From Candidatus Obscuribacterales bacterium (GTDB lineage: Bacteria; Cyanobacteriota; Vampirovibrionia; Obscuribacterales; Obscuribacteraceae): DNA of 64,000 nucleotides. The stretch spans positions 1,574,443 through 1,638,442 of the forward strand of contig CBDDIJ010000005.1 of assembly GCA_965228855.1 (NCBI GenBank), written 5' to 3'. Shown here piece by piece: positions 20,340 through 29,757 of this stretch (within the stretch, counting starts at the first letter, position 1; each line of letters begins with the position of its first letter). The position numbers and the translations under genes were made by a program. The notes beneath the pieces were generated by a model. The model was not told where the DNA came from, did no database searches, and saw only the letters and a program-made list of their open reading frames with translations.

Positions 20340-21101
20340 TTATCGCCAGGCGTACCCGACAGTTCCGGTAATGGAGCCGGCGGGAATCTTCTTGTCGTAG
20401 CCGGGAACCGTGATGCCATCCACTTCGCACTTCACCTGACGCAACCCCTCGACCGAGTCGACAACGACAACAGCGGGCTCGCCAGATTCGCCGGGCAACT
20501 CGCGAACGAGCAGCACGAGAATCGCGAAAGTGTTCGGATTCGGCGACTTGGCGGATTCACCGAGCATCAACAGCAGCTCCGATGACGCTCCGTTGAAGCG
20601 CCAATCGCGACCACGAGTTGCGTAGTAGCCGTTGCGGTTGAAACTGGCATTGTTGTACGCCTTCTCCGCCGCCTTGTACTTCGCCCTGGTGCTGTCGCCG
20701 TCGAACCTGGTCACGCCATTCTTGACGGCGTAGTTCTTGGGCACGCGCGGAGGACGAGTGGTGAGGAAGCGGAAGCCTGCCAGAACGACGCCCAGACCCA
20801 TGCCGTAAGCAGCCGGAACCAACGCGCCTGTCGAGCCGAACAGGAACACGCCGCCGACAAAAGCCGCAGCTGCGACGCCCCAGATGGCAGCGCCACCGAG
20901 GTCGAACTTGGAGCCAGCGTATTCGTCGTTGGGAGGAAAGCTGCCGAGCATGAAGCCGAGGAAACCGGCGATGCCCGCAGCCCACAGCACCGAAGAAGAG
21001 ATTGGGTCCGCCGCGGCAGCGCCGTCAGTAGCTTGAGCCGCAGCGGGAAGAGCGGCGAGGAGAACGGTCGCAAACGCGCCCGCCAAAGTTGAGATTCGCA
21101 T
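20340..21101 (-). CDS. Hypothetical membrane protein (signal peptide plus about 3 TM helices and a soluble C-terminal domain)
   Basis: ggag RBS before ATG 21101; AAAQA signal cleavage-like site; biased codon usage. Confidence 0.7.
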   Translation of the reverse strand: MRISTLAGAFATVLLAALPAAAQATDGAAAADPISSSVLWAAGIAGFLGFMLGSFPPNDEYAGSKFDLGGAAIWGVAAAAFVGGVFLFGSTGALVPAAYGMGLGVVLAGFRFLTTRPPRVPKNYAVKNGVTRFDGDSTRAKYKAAEKAYNNASFNRNGYYATRGRDWRFNGASSELLLMLGESAKSPNPNTFAILVLLVRELPGESGEPAVVVVDSVEGLRQVKCEVDGITVPGYDKKIPAGSITGTVGYAWR

Positions 21102-21560
21102 ATTCACTCCAGTCATGATTCTCCGCGACGCCAACAGTCGAGTGACGCGCGGAAGTTTGAAGCCTGAGCTTCAAGAAAGTTCTCCAGCTCGATGAATCCC
21201 ACGACACGATGAATCCCGCGGCACGACAATGCTCAACGGAGGTTCATTTGTGCGGCGCGGACTTAAGTTTCAGGTGCTAACAAACTCAAGTTTTCAAAGA
21301 GTGGATCGCCTCAAAATACGCGGACACTACGGGCAAGATCCAGCGATATTAATCAAAAGCTTGATTTGATATTGCTAAGGCGATTCGGCAAGAAACACAA
21401 TCGCCACCAACCCACAAGCGAAAACCGCTTCGCGCCAGCGATGCGAACTCGCGCTAGCTTGTCTGCCATCCGCGAGCCTGTCTCCGAATCGGCAAACCGT
21501 TCCCACTGTCTCGGACCGTCCCACTGTCCCGCACGGTCACACGGTAAAAGCCCATCCGAA

Positions 21561-21876
21561 CGCTAGAAAGCGGTCCGCTAGGCAGGAAACAACCCGCTCA
21601 GACGCCGTTGACTCCCAGTGTGTAAAAAACCGATCCAAAATCGATGCAAAGATGGCCCATTTTCCCCACACTCCGACAAAAACAGTCGGAGCTAGCTGAA
21701 TAAGCGGAACGAGCGGAAGAAACGGAGCAAGCAAGCGATAAAGAGGCCCGCACGCTAGAAAGCGGTCCGCTCGGCAGGAAACAACCCGCTCAGACTCCAT
21801 TGACTCCCACTGTGTAAAAAACCGATCCAAAATCGATGCAAAGATGGCCCATTTTCCCCACACTCCGACGAAAACA
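21561..21876. repeat. 124-bp direct repeat x2 (period 192 bp)
   Basis: 21561-21684 and 21753-21876; 5 mismatches counted by eye; 68-bp unrelated spacer. Confidence 0.93.
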
Positions 21877-21910
21877 TGAGACTACAGGCGCCCGGACAAA
21901 CCAGCGCGCC

Positions 21911-21972
21911 AACAAACCCGCACGGAAGAACGGCTAACAACGCGCAAGGAAGCACGGCTAACAACCCGCACA
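21911..21972. repeat. 24-bp degenerate tandem repeat just downstream of anmK
   Basis: aacaaacccgcacggaagaacggct / aacaacgcgcaaggaagcacggct / aacaacccgcac. Confidence 0.75.
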
Positions 21973-22002
21973 TTCACACACCGCCGATACTGTCAGAAAA
22001 GA

Positions 22003-23667
22003 CTAGTTCTTCGCCAGCCGCGCGTTCCACCCTGCCGACGCGCGACTCCATCGCCCGTCAAACACTTCGGGGCGGTCCACTGTTGCATCGTGGGACTTAA
22101 ACTCATCGAGCCATCCGCGAAGGGTTGCAGATGCACCGTCCGGCGCACCTCCCGGAAAACGGATGATACCGCATACAGTATCACGCACAACACCGGTAGT
22201 GCTCGGGCGCGTGAACGCCTGACCAAGAACTCGGCTCACCGCCGCGTCAGCGAAGATGCGCGCTTCCATCGCAGTCCCGTCGAAACCGAATTCATCCGCC
22301 ATCGCGACAACGACCTCACTGTCTTCTGCGGCACTTGCCTCTCGAGAAACCACCATCAAGCGCTCCAGCAGTTTCCCAAAAGATTCTTTGTGCTGTTCCA
22401 AAACTGGATTATTAGCGAAATCGCCACGCAGAAGCCCGGCGAAGTGCTCCCTCGCGACTGGATTCTTCCAGCCACCACCGCAAAGCGCGAAATAACGCGG
22501 CATGGCCAGATGTTCAGGCACCATGGTCAGCGCGTGCACATAAATATAAGCCGAGAAATACTCAGCAGTTCGAAGCCGGTCTTCGAAGGAAATCGTCTCG
22601 CCATCACAGTTAGCTTCGCCTGTGAGTTCGGGAATCAGACGATACCATTGCGGGTCGGAGGACTTCGGCGGCGGCTCCAGCAAGTAGTTGCGACCATCCC
22701 GGGTTATCACTGCGGTATCGAACAACCGCTCCAGGAGCGCAATGTTGACTTTGCCCTTGCTGCCGAACTTACCATCACGGTCGCATTCCTCGCCGCGTTC
22801 AAGCTGAACAAGCCGGTCCGGATAGTTATTAAACGGTCCCGCGTCCCAACCCATAACCGACACCTGAGCATCGAACCGTTCCCCAGCGCCACTGCCAGCG
22901 GTGCCTGAAATAATCGTAAAATTGCCAGTATTGCCGGCGTTGCAAAACGCAATCGGAAATCGTCCGCGCTTGCGCAGCTGTTCCGCCAGGTGTTGATGGT
23001 GAACAGGCGCTAGTGGAGCGGCTTCACCGCCATGCATCAAATCGTCGGAACGGAAATCGTAGACAACCGGAATGCCCGTCAGGTCCGCAAGAGCCTGCCC
23101 ATCACCAATCTGGACGGTGTAAGTCACATTGGGATCCGCGGTGCGCGCTATCGACGGTGGAAAATGCGCGCAAGTTTGACCGTGAAAACCAATCACATCT
23201 ATAGCATCTAAATCATATTCGGAACTCAGCTTTGCATCAGCCTTCGCAAGCGCAATAAGTTCCTGGATTGCGCCGGCAACAAACCTGATGTATTGGTTTT
23301 GCACATCGTCAAAACGGCAATCAGCCGCCCCGCCATCGTCACCGGCAGCCCGCTCATCAAGCTGGACAACAGACTCTTCCACGCGACCACCAGCAGGTTT
23401 ATCAAGCCGCAAGACCGCTTCCGCCATGTCACCACCGGCGGTATTAATCACCTCTCGCACCGCTCGAAGTCGCTCCGTCAATTTTGCAGGCGATACAACG
23501 CTGTGCGACTTCAAATCCGTGATGCTGCCATCTTTGCCAAATCGCGTCAACACTACATCGACGCCGTCCAGCGAATTGCCGGTCATTGCACCAATTGCCA
23601 GGAGATAGTCGCGTTTGGTCATTGTCTCAGTCGCGGGCGAAGCTTGGTTTTGTGTTTTCGGCATCAT
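22003..23667 (-). CDS. anmK: Anhydro-N-acetylmuramic acid kinase (long form with insertions)
   Basis: IGAMTGNSLDGVD, IGFHGQT, TVQIGDG, DFRSDDL..GGEAAPLAP, DAGPFN, PPKS, CGGG, EARIFA. Confidence 0.9.
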   Translation of the reverse strand: MMPKTQNQASPATETMTKRDYLLAIGAMTGNSLDGVDVVLTRFGKDGSITDLKSHSVVSPAKLTERLRAVREVINTAGGDMAEAVLRLDKPAGGRVEESVVQLDERAAGDDGGAADCRFDDVQNQYIRFVAGAIQELIALAKADAKLSSEYDLDAIDVIGFHGQTCAHFPPSIARTADPNVTYTVQIGDGQALADLTGIPVVYDFRSDDLMHGGEAAPLAPVHHQHLAEQLRKRGRFPIAFCNAGNTGNFTIISGTAGSGAGERFDAQVSVMGWDAGPFNNYPDRLVQLERGEECDRDGKFGSKGKVNIALLERLFDTAVITRDGRNYLLEPPPKSSDPQWYRLIPELTGEANCDGETISFEDRLRTAEYFSAYIYVHALTMVPEHLAMPRYFALCGGGWKNPVAREHFAGLLRGDFANNPVLEQHKESFGKLLERLMVVSREASAAEDSEVVVAMADEFGFDGTAMEARIFADAAVSRVLGQAFTRPSTTGVVRDTVCGIIRFPGGAPDGASATLRGWLDEFKSHDATVDRPEVFDGRWSRASAGWNARLAKN

Positions 23668-23848
23668 GACAGCCTTTCTAACTTCATTGACCTAAACAGT
23701 TTATAGCTATATGTGACTAAACCTCAAGCGCCGATCTAAAACGGCAAACGACAATTGTTCTACCAACTCCTATAGTATGTGTGCCAGGAGACAAGAACCG
23801 GATGGAATCCGGCTCTTGCACTCCTTTCTATCAGGAGCTCACACATAA

Positions 23849-23975
23849 CAGCCCGCGAACATAGCCGCAGCTAGTCTCCGCTCCGTCGCTCAGCCCGCGA
23901 GCATCGCCTCAGCCAGGCTCCGCGCCGTTGCACAGCCCGCGAACATAGCCTCGACCAGCCTCCTCTCCGTCGCTC
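23849..23975. repeat. 42-bp degenerate tandem repeat x3 spanning the stop codon of the 23909-24232 gene
   Basis: Units starting cagcccgcga at 23849, 23891 and 23933. Confidence 0.88.
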
Positions 23976-24232
23976 AGGCCGTCGACGATTGCGGTTCGCG
24001 CAAGATGGTTCTGCAGATGCGCATGACTCTGCGCGTCGGTTTCGGTGAAGAAGATCTCGATGTCCTCGCGCTTCAAGGTGACGGAGAACTCGACACCTTC
24101 GTCACTCACCTGAAAGTACCAGCGCGGCACCTCCTGCACGACGAACTTCTTAATCGCCCCGGTTCCGGTCTCCTTGACGATGTACAACGAGTCCCGGTGG
24201 TTGAGCAGCCGAACCAATTCGTCGATTCTCAC
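23909..24232 (-). CDS. Hypothetical protein (107 aa)
   Basis: GTG 24232 after aaggggag; VRIDELVRLLNHRDSLYIVKETG...; biased codons. Confidence 0.6.
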   Translation of the reverse strand: MRIDELVRLLNHRDSLYIVKETGTGAIKKFVVQEVPRWYFQVSDEGVEFSVTLKREDIEIFFTETDAQSHAHLQNHLARTAIVDGLSDGEEAGRGYVRGLCNGAEPG

Positions 24233-24278
24233 GAGCGTCGCTCCCCTTGGCGTTGGCGCGTTTCGCCATCGCCTGCCA

Positions 24279-24518
24279 TTATTTCGAACGTGAAAAACTC
24301 TCCGCCGCCAGGCGCCGCGCTTCGGTCTCGTCCGCGTTCGAACCTGAGTCCAGAACGCAAGACTTGACCAGCTTGCCGCCAGGCATGTAGGCGTTTCGGA
24401 CCTCGAAGGCAAAACCGGTTGCAACACGCGAGAACCAGAGCTGAAGCTGGTGCGCGTTGGTTCCGTCAGCCTTGTCGATCAATCCGAAATTGCCGTGAGT
24501 TGCTTCGATAGTTGCCAT
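24279..24518 (-). CDS. Hypothetical protein (79 aa)
   Basis: gagg RBS, ATG start, protein-like composition. Confidence 0.6.
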   Translation of the reverse strand: MATIEATHGNFGLIDKADGTNAHQLQLWFSRVATGFAFEVRNAYMPGGKLVKSCVLDSGSNADETEARRLAAESFSRSK

Positions 24519-25107
24519 AGAATCATCCTCTTCTCGGTTTGCAAGGTGCCTGGTCCACTGGGACCCGCACGAAAAGCCGCGAACGGAACATCCGTAAGCG
24601 GTGCTCCAACACGCACGACACAGTCGTAGCGAAAAACTCTAGAGGTGCTTGCTGGAGCCAATTAAAGGTGGTTGGTTTTCCTGATAGATGATGGAAAAGC
24701 GATACCTAACCGTAGTGAAGATCGCGAAGATTAGCAATACAAAACCGTTTCGAAAGATAAAATCTGACCGCACCGCCTGAGCGAAGCTGAGAGAACAAGT
24801 ATCGGCCAATATCTCAATAGAAGTCGGCACACATCGTTTTGCCTGCAGATGCCCATACGAAACGCGCAAATCCTTTTAACCAGCAGCTCTCACCCTCTCC
24901 GCCAACCGCCCTCCTATCAGCCATAGTACTCCCGCGCTCAAAAACGTTCGAATAGAATCCCTACCCAAAAGCCGCCGAGCAGCGAGCAGAAACCGTTTCG
25001 CAGTTACGCAACGGTTTCGAATCTCGCCGCCCGGTCGGCAGTTATTCACAGATTCTCAGGCGAAGGCGAAGGCGCAGCGCGAGGCGCGCCCTCAGCCTGG
25101 GGAACTC

Positions 25108-26055
25108 TTACGACTCACCTGGATTTGAATCGCCCTCGCCGTTGCGACGCCCCAACGAATCCGAAGCGCCCGGTGCAGGCAGAGCCCCTTCGGAACCCGT
25201 GCCCGGCGCTGGCGGCGCCGCATCGGAAGCAGTTCCCAGCGCCTGCGAAGCAGCATTGGAACCAGCTCCCAGTGCCTGAGAAGCCACATCGGAACCCGCT
25301 CCCGGTGCCTGCGGAGCAGGACCACACTGACCGCCTCCCGGAGACATCGGGTCGAAAGTGCACATCGCACCACCGTAGCTCGCCGGGCTGGGCACCGGCA
25401 GTTTCAGCCGCTCCGGCGCGACGACGCCAAGGGACACATAGTACTGCAACCCTTCCTCGACGGTCATGGGCAGCTCGATTGCGAGCTCCTCCGGCACCAT
25501 CACGATGCCCTGAATGCCCGTCGGCGGGTTGGGCACCACGACCTTGAGCATCACCTGTTCGACACCGTCCGACCACTGCACAGTGGTCTTTCCGGCGACG
25601 AACGCTTTCGTATAAACGTCCTTATGCGGGTACGGAATCATCACAACCCGCTCGAAAGGCGTCCCGTTTTCCGAGTCGAAAAACGCCGACAACTTCCGCG
25701 CGTTGCGGTACAGGATGTTGACTCCGGGGATCTTCAGCACCAGGCTCTCGCCACCACGGACGATGATTGCGCCGTATCGCCAGGAAACGAACGCGCCCAA
25801 CACGGTCATGATGGCAAGCAACAGAATGAAGCTCAGGAAGGAACTCTCGCCGTTCGCCAGCGGTCCGACCTGAAGCCATTCCGGCACAACGATCGATATC
25901 AGCGTGCGAGTGAATGAACCGACGATCTTGTCGGCGACGCCGAAGATCATGCTCAGAAGCCAGATTGTGAGGATCGCCGGTCCGCTAAGAACCAGCCCCC
26001 TCTTCAGGTATCTCAGAACCAGCTCTTTCGTAGCAGAGCGCTGCTGAATTGACAT
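25108..26055 (-). CDS. DUF502-domain membrane protein with 11-aa repeat tail
   Basis: GLVLSGPAILTIW, KIPGVNILY, FERVVMIPYP, VPNPPTG, MTVEEGLQYYVSLGV; C-terminal QA(P/L)G(A/T)GS repeats. Confidence 0.85.
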   Translation of the reverse strand: MSIQQRSATKELVLRYLKRGLVLSGPAILTIWLLSMIFGVADKIVGSFTRTLISIVVPEWLQVGPLANGESSFLSFILLLAIMTVLGAFVSWRYGAIIVRGGESLVLKIPGVNILYRNARKLSAFFDSENGTPFERVVMIPYPHKDVYTKAFVAGKTTVQWSDGVEQVMLKVVVPNPPTGIQGIVMVPEELAIELPMTVEEGLQYYVSLGVVAPERLKLPVPSPASYGGAMCTFDPMSPGGGQCGPAPQAPGAGSDVASQALGAGSNAASQALGTASDAAPPAPGTGSEGALPAPGASDSLGRRNGEGDSNPGES

Positions 26056-26179
26056 CAGTTCATCTCCAACTGTCAGGTGTTAAACCGACACAGCGAGCCC
26101 GTTCCAGACGAAACTCGCTGCCGACGGTTAACTTGTGCGGATGCGAAACTTCTTCAGACGTGAAACTCGAGGAGTCGCG

Positions 26180-26461
26180 TCAGGCAGCCTTCGAATTTTT
26201 ACCGCGATTGAGCAAAAGCCCCAGCCAGACACCGGCGGCGAGGTGAAGACCCGCCATCGTGAAAAGAGCAAGGGCGGAAAGCGGCGCGGCGGGCAGCGCA
26301 AAGCGGATATAGCCGCCGACCAGCCCGATGACGATCGACGCGAAGAGGGCACGAATGCCGCATCTCGCAGCGACCCAGATACCGGCAAGGAAGGTTCCGG
26401 CATAGAGCAAAGTTGCCCAAGCCGTGAGCCAGCCGTCGGTGTATTGCATTATCGAGTCCAT
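26180..26461 (-). CDS. Small 3-TM membrane protein (paralog B)
   Basis: aagga RBS; MDS start, SIVIGL and LH(L/V)AxG shared with 26648-26914. Confidence 0.7.
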   Translation of the reverse strand: MDSIMQYTDGWLTAWATLLYAGTFLAGIWVAARCGIRALFASIVIGLVGGYIRFALPAAPLSALALFTMAGLHLAAGVWLGLLLNRGKNSKAA

Positions 26462-26515
26462 GTGCGTGTGTCCTTTGATTTGGGTGATGTTGGGAACAGT
26501 TGCCTGGAATCGGCT

Positions 26516-26690
26516 TCAAGCCGGTCGCGCACGCTGAGGCATCAGCGCGTCAGGCAGACGGCAACGCTTGCCTGAACCAGCTCAAGCCAGTCGCGCACGC
26601 TGAGACATCAGCGCGTCAGGCAGACTGCAACGCTTGCCTGAACCAGCTCAAGCCGGTCGCGCGCGCTGAAGAATCAGCACGGTCAGGCAG
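26516..26690. repeat. 66-bp tandem repeat; third copy is the 3' end of the 26648-26914 gene
   Basis: tcaagcc(g/a)gtcgcgc.. at 26516, 26582 and 26648; internal hairpins CGCTGA/TCAGCG and CAGGCA/TGCCTG. Confidence 0.9.
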
Positions 26691-26914
26691 CCGATGGCCA
26701 CATGCAGCACGGAAACCGCCGCCACGGCGGTGAATTCCAGCGGCGCGGAGAATCCCCGCAGCACACAACACGCCAAGCCAATCACGATGGACGGCCAGAG
26801 CGTGGCGAAACCGAGCTTGCGCCCGGCGAAGAGACCGATGATGTATCCGACGGCAAAGCACAAGCCCGCCACCAGAACCGGAGCACCACCGGCGGTGTGT
26901 AGCACTGAGTCCAT
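26648..26914 (-). CDS. Small 3-TM membrane protein (paralog A)
   Basis: gggag RBS before ATG 26914; hydrophobic; similar to 26180-26461. Confidence 0.7.
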   Translation of the reverse strand: MDSVLHTAGGAPVLVAGLCFAVGYIIGLFAGRKLGFATLWPSIVIGLACCVLRGFSAPLEFTAVAAVSVLHVAIGCLTVLILQRARPA

Positions 26915-27558
26915 TGTTCTTCTCCCTCGTGCGAACTTTCGCACGGTTAAATCTCAGCAGAGGAACACTCACGCTCTCCAAGAACCAAGTCGCGACGCCC
27001 CAAGTTCACCTTCCGTAAACTGGCAAGCCACCACTCCGCCAGATGGCAGATGGTGCGAGAAATCGATTACGGAAAATGAGCTTGGCTGGTCGTTACTAAA
27101 AATTCAAAGAGAAACGGAGTGATGCATCAGACTATGAACTTAGCGACAGCTTGTTCAAGATTTGATTCTGATATTCCGGAGAACAAATAGAAAATTTTTG
27201 TTCACGATTCCGTGAACCTCCACTTATCAAACCGAAAAGCCGCATATCCAGACACTTCCCGTATTCGCCCCCGACTTAAAACCTAGCGCGAACCGGCACC
27301 AACAAAACGCACCGCTAGCAGGTTCGATATTTCTTCGAGCCAAACTTTCACAATCCGATACCTAAAAGCTCATGAAATCACTTGTGATTGTCACCTTAGT
27401 TTTGTTTGACTTGAGATATAACTCTCACCACTTTTTTTTCGCAGGTCATAAACCGACACCAGTTCCCTCCAGCACACTCAACCAAGATTTTCGAAACTGC
27501 GCGCGTGGTGAGTTTAAGCTCGCGGTTTCACTTCACTACCTTGAGCCAGGAGCATCTC

Positions 27559-28074
27559 ATGAAGATCGCCGAGGTCATGGACAGCTTCAAGACCGCCGAC
27601 GAGTTGCGCGATTACGCCAACAACATCATCGCCAACGCCATGCGAGACTGGATCGCCTCCAGCGACTTCCCGGATCGCAAGCGCCAGGCGCAGGTTTTGC
27701 GCGGCAGAGTCCTGGAAATCGTCGCCACCGCGTCCGAGAAAGCAACCGAGCTGGAGCGACTGTGCATCGGCGGCGACGTCGATTTGCAGCTGCTTCTCCG
27801 CGCTGTCGCTCGCACCGGTCGCGCCCATCTTGGCGTCGAACTGACCGCGCTCCAGGGAGTGCTGGACCTGCTCGACCGCATCAACACGATGCAAATCGAC
27901 AACGGTGCCGACGCCGCGCGCGCCAATTCCTGGCTCTCGCTTGCCGAGACGCTGGTGAACAACTCGCGCGAAACCATCGCCTTCCACCTGCCCCAGACGT
28001 CGGTCAACAGCACGCTCGAAGCGATTCGCGCGACGCTGAAACCGACCGGCGAAGACCAACCCGCCACGACCTGA
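27559..28074 (+). CDS. Hypothetical all-alpha protein (171 aa)
   Basis: aggag RBS, strongly C/G-ending codons. Confidence 0.75.
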   Translation: MKIAEVMDSFKTADELRDYANNIIANAMRDWIASSDFPDRKRQAQVLRGRVLEIVATASEKATELERLCIGGDVDLQLLLRAVARTGRAHLGVELTALQGVLDLLDRINTMQIDNGADAARANSWLSLAETLVNNSRETIAFHLPQTSVNSTLEAIRATLKPTGEDQPATT

Positions 28075-28317
28075 CCTGCCGTCTCTCTCATGGACTCTCG
28101 CCGTGACCGTCCGTAGATTTCATGGACCACACCTCTCGCTGACCTATCCTAGATTTCATTGACAGCGCCTCTCGCCTGCTCTGCTCTAGCGAGTCGTGAA
28201 GTTCATTGCTTATCTACGTCCAGGTCATGCGCTATGCAGCAAAGCGCTGTCGTCGATACGACAGCGCTCGACCGCCGGGTTCACCGGTGGCGAAATACTT
28301 TTACTCGGAGTACTTGT

Positions 28318-28617
28318 ATGAGTTCAGTTCTCTATCCGGCGCTGGACGAACGCTTCCAGAGCCACACCGGACCGTTCGGCGGCTGCCCGATTCAGTTCGA
28401 GGGTCACCTCAAGTCCGGCGAATTCGTCTACGCGCGCGCCCGCGAGACCTTCATCGAGGTCGAGGTATACGCCTGCGAAGACGACTTCGGCGACAACGAC
28501 GCCCGCCTCGGTCACTACCGCGAGCCGGAGCCCTACGACGCCGGTCAGATGCCGGTCGAGAAGTTTGTCGACTACATCGTTCGCAAGGTGAACCTCCACC
28601 TCGCAAACAACCAGTAG
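28318..28617 (+). CDS. Hypothetical protein (99 aa)
   Basis: ggag RBS; GGCPIQFEGHLKSGEFVYARAR; biased codons. Confidence 0.72.
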   Translation: MSSVLYPALDERFQSHTGPFGGCPIQFEGHLKSGEFVYARARETFIEVEVYACEDDFGDNDARLGHYREPEPYDAGQMPVEKFVDYIVRKVNLHLANNQ

Positions 28618-28764
28618 TGGCGTTCGCGAACAAGGCGCCGTGGCATTCGCAAACGCGTTCGCGAATAAGCCGCAGTGGCCTTCGCGAATTAGCCTAGTAG
28701 CGGCTTTCTCGATGAGAGACCGCCATCCTACTAACCGCTCTTAAACTCACCTCAAGGAGCATTG

Positions 28765-29019
28765 ATGCGTTTCATCAAAACCCCTGCGCAGGCAGCCGCT
28801 GTGGTGGACGTTCTGCGCGAAGTCGCGACCGCATCTCCGCTGGCCCGTAAGGGCAAGAAACCCGGCGGTCCGGTCAAACTGGCGAACCCCAAGCTCGTCA
28901 GCGCCGGTCCTGGCGACTTCCTAACCATCGACTTCCGCCACCACGCGCAGTGCAGCTGCGCGACGTGCGCGCAGAAGAACTCGCAGCCCAAGCGCCGCAA
29001 GCGCAACGGCAGCCGCTAA
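28765..29019 (+). CDS. Small basic protein with HHxxCxCxxC motif
   Basis: aaggag RBS; RHHAQCSCATC; Lys/Arg-rich tail. Confidence 0.7.
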   Translation: MRFIKTPAQAAAVVDVLREVATASPLARKGKKPGGPVKLANPKLVSAGPGDFLTIDFRHHAQCSCATCAQKNSQPKRRKRNGSR

Positions 29020-29154
29020 CTAGTCGGGAGTCATTCGGCCTGCCGCTGTCCGGGGATACCCGGTCTGCGGCAGCGGCGTCACCGACTCGCTGTTTCTCGT
29101 TTTGTCGCGCACCAGATGCGGTGCGCTCATTTCCCTACGCAAAGGAGATTGCTC

Positions 29155-29493
29155 ATGAATAACCAGGTTCGCAAAGCTGTCGACGCAGTCGCTCAACTTC
29201 ACACCCTCGTCGCTCGTCTCGCGGAGGCGCCGGTGACCGACGTCACCCGGCTCCTGCAAGCCGCTAACGACACCTCCGAGTTCGTCGAGGCGGTCAACAC
29301 GGCCCAGCAGGCCATCGAGGCTGCCCTGGACGAGGTCGACGGTCCGGCGCACACGCAGTTCGACTTCGCCCTCGACGCTGTCCGTCGCGCTCGCGCCCAG
29401 TTCTACACGCCGGTCGACGAGAACCGCGCCAACGCGCTCACCTGCGTGGAGTTCGCCGTCGAGTGCATCAACAAGGGCGTCCACGCGCTGTAA
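29155..29493 (+). CDS. Hypothetical helical protein (112 aa)
   Basis: aaggag RBS; biased codons. Confidence 0.75.
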   Translation: MNNQVRKAVDAVAQLHTLVARLAEAPVTDVTRLLQAANDTSEFVEAVNTAQQAIEAALDEVDGPAHTQFDFALDAVRRARAQFYTPVDENRANALTCVEFAVECINKGVHAL

Positions 29494-29583
29494 GACGCCG
29501 ATGCCTGAATAAGGCCGTCCGCCCGCTCTAAGCCGCCGATGTCCTAACAAAGGCGTCCACGCCCTCTAAGACGCCGATGCCAA
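29470..29583. repeat. 38-bp degenerate tandem repeat x3; first copy contains the gene's stop codon
   Basis: Units at 29470, 29508 and 29546 (aacaagggcgtccacgcgctgtaagacgccgatgcc..). Confidence 0.88.
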
Positions 29584-29757
29584 AGCGAAACCAGCTCGCC
29601 AATCGCTGCAAGGCTCATCAAGCCTGACTGTCAGCCCATCTGCAACATCGGGTGCTCACGCAAGCGCCCGATGTTGCCGGAACGTTTTGTTTCCGAGCGG
29701 CTCTGAAATCCGCTCTCAATCTTCTCCGACCCGATCACAAAAGAGAGAAATCCGCCT

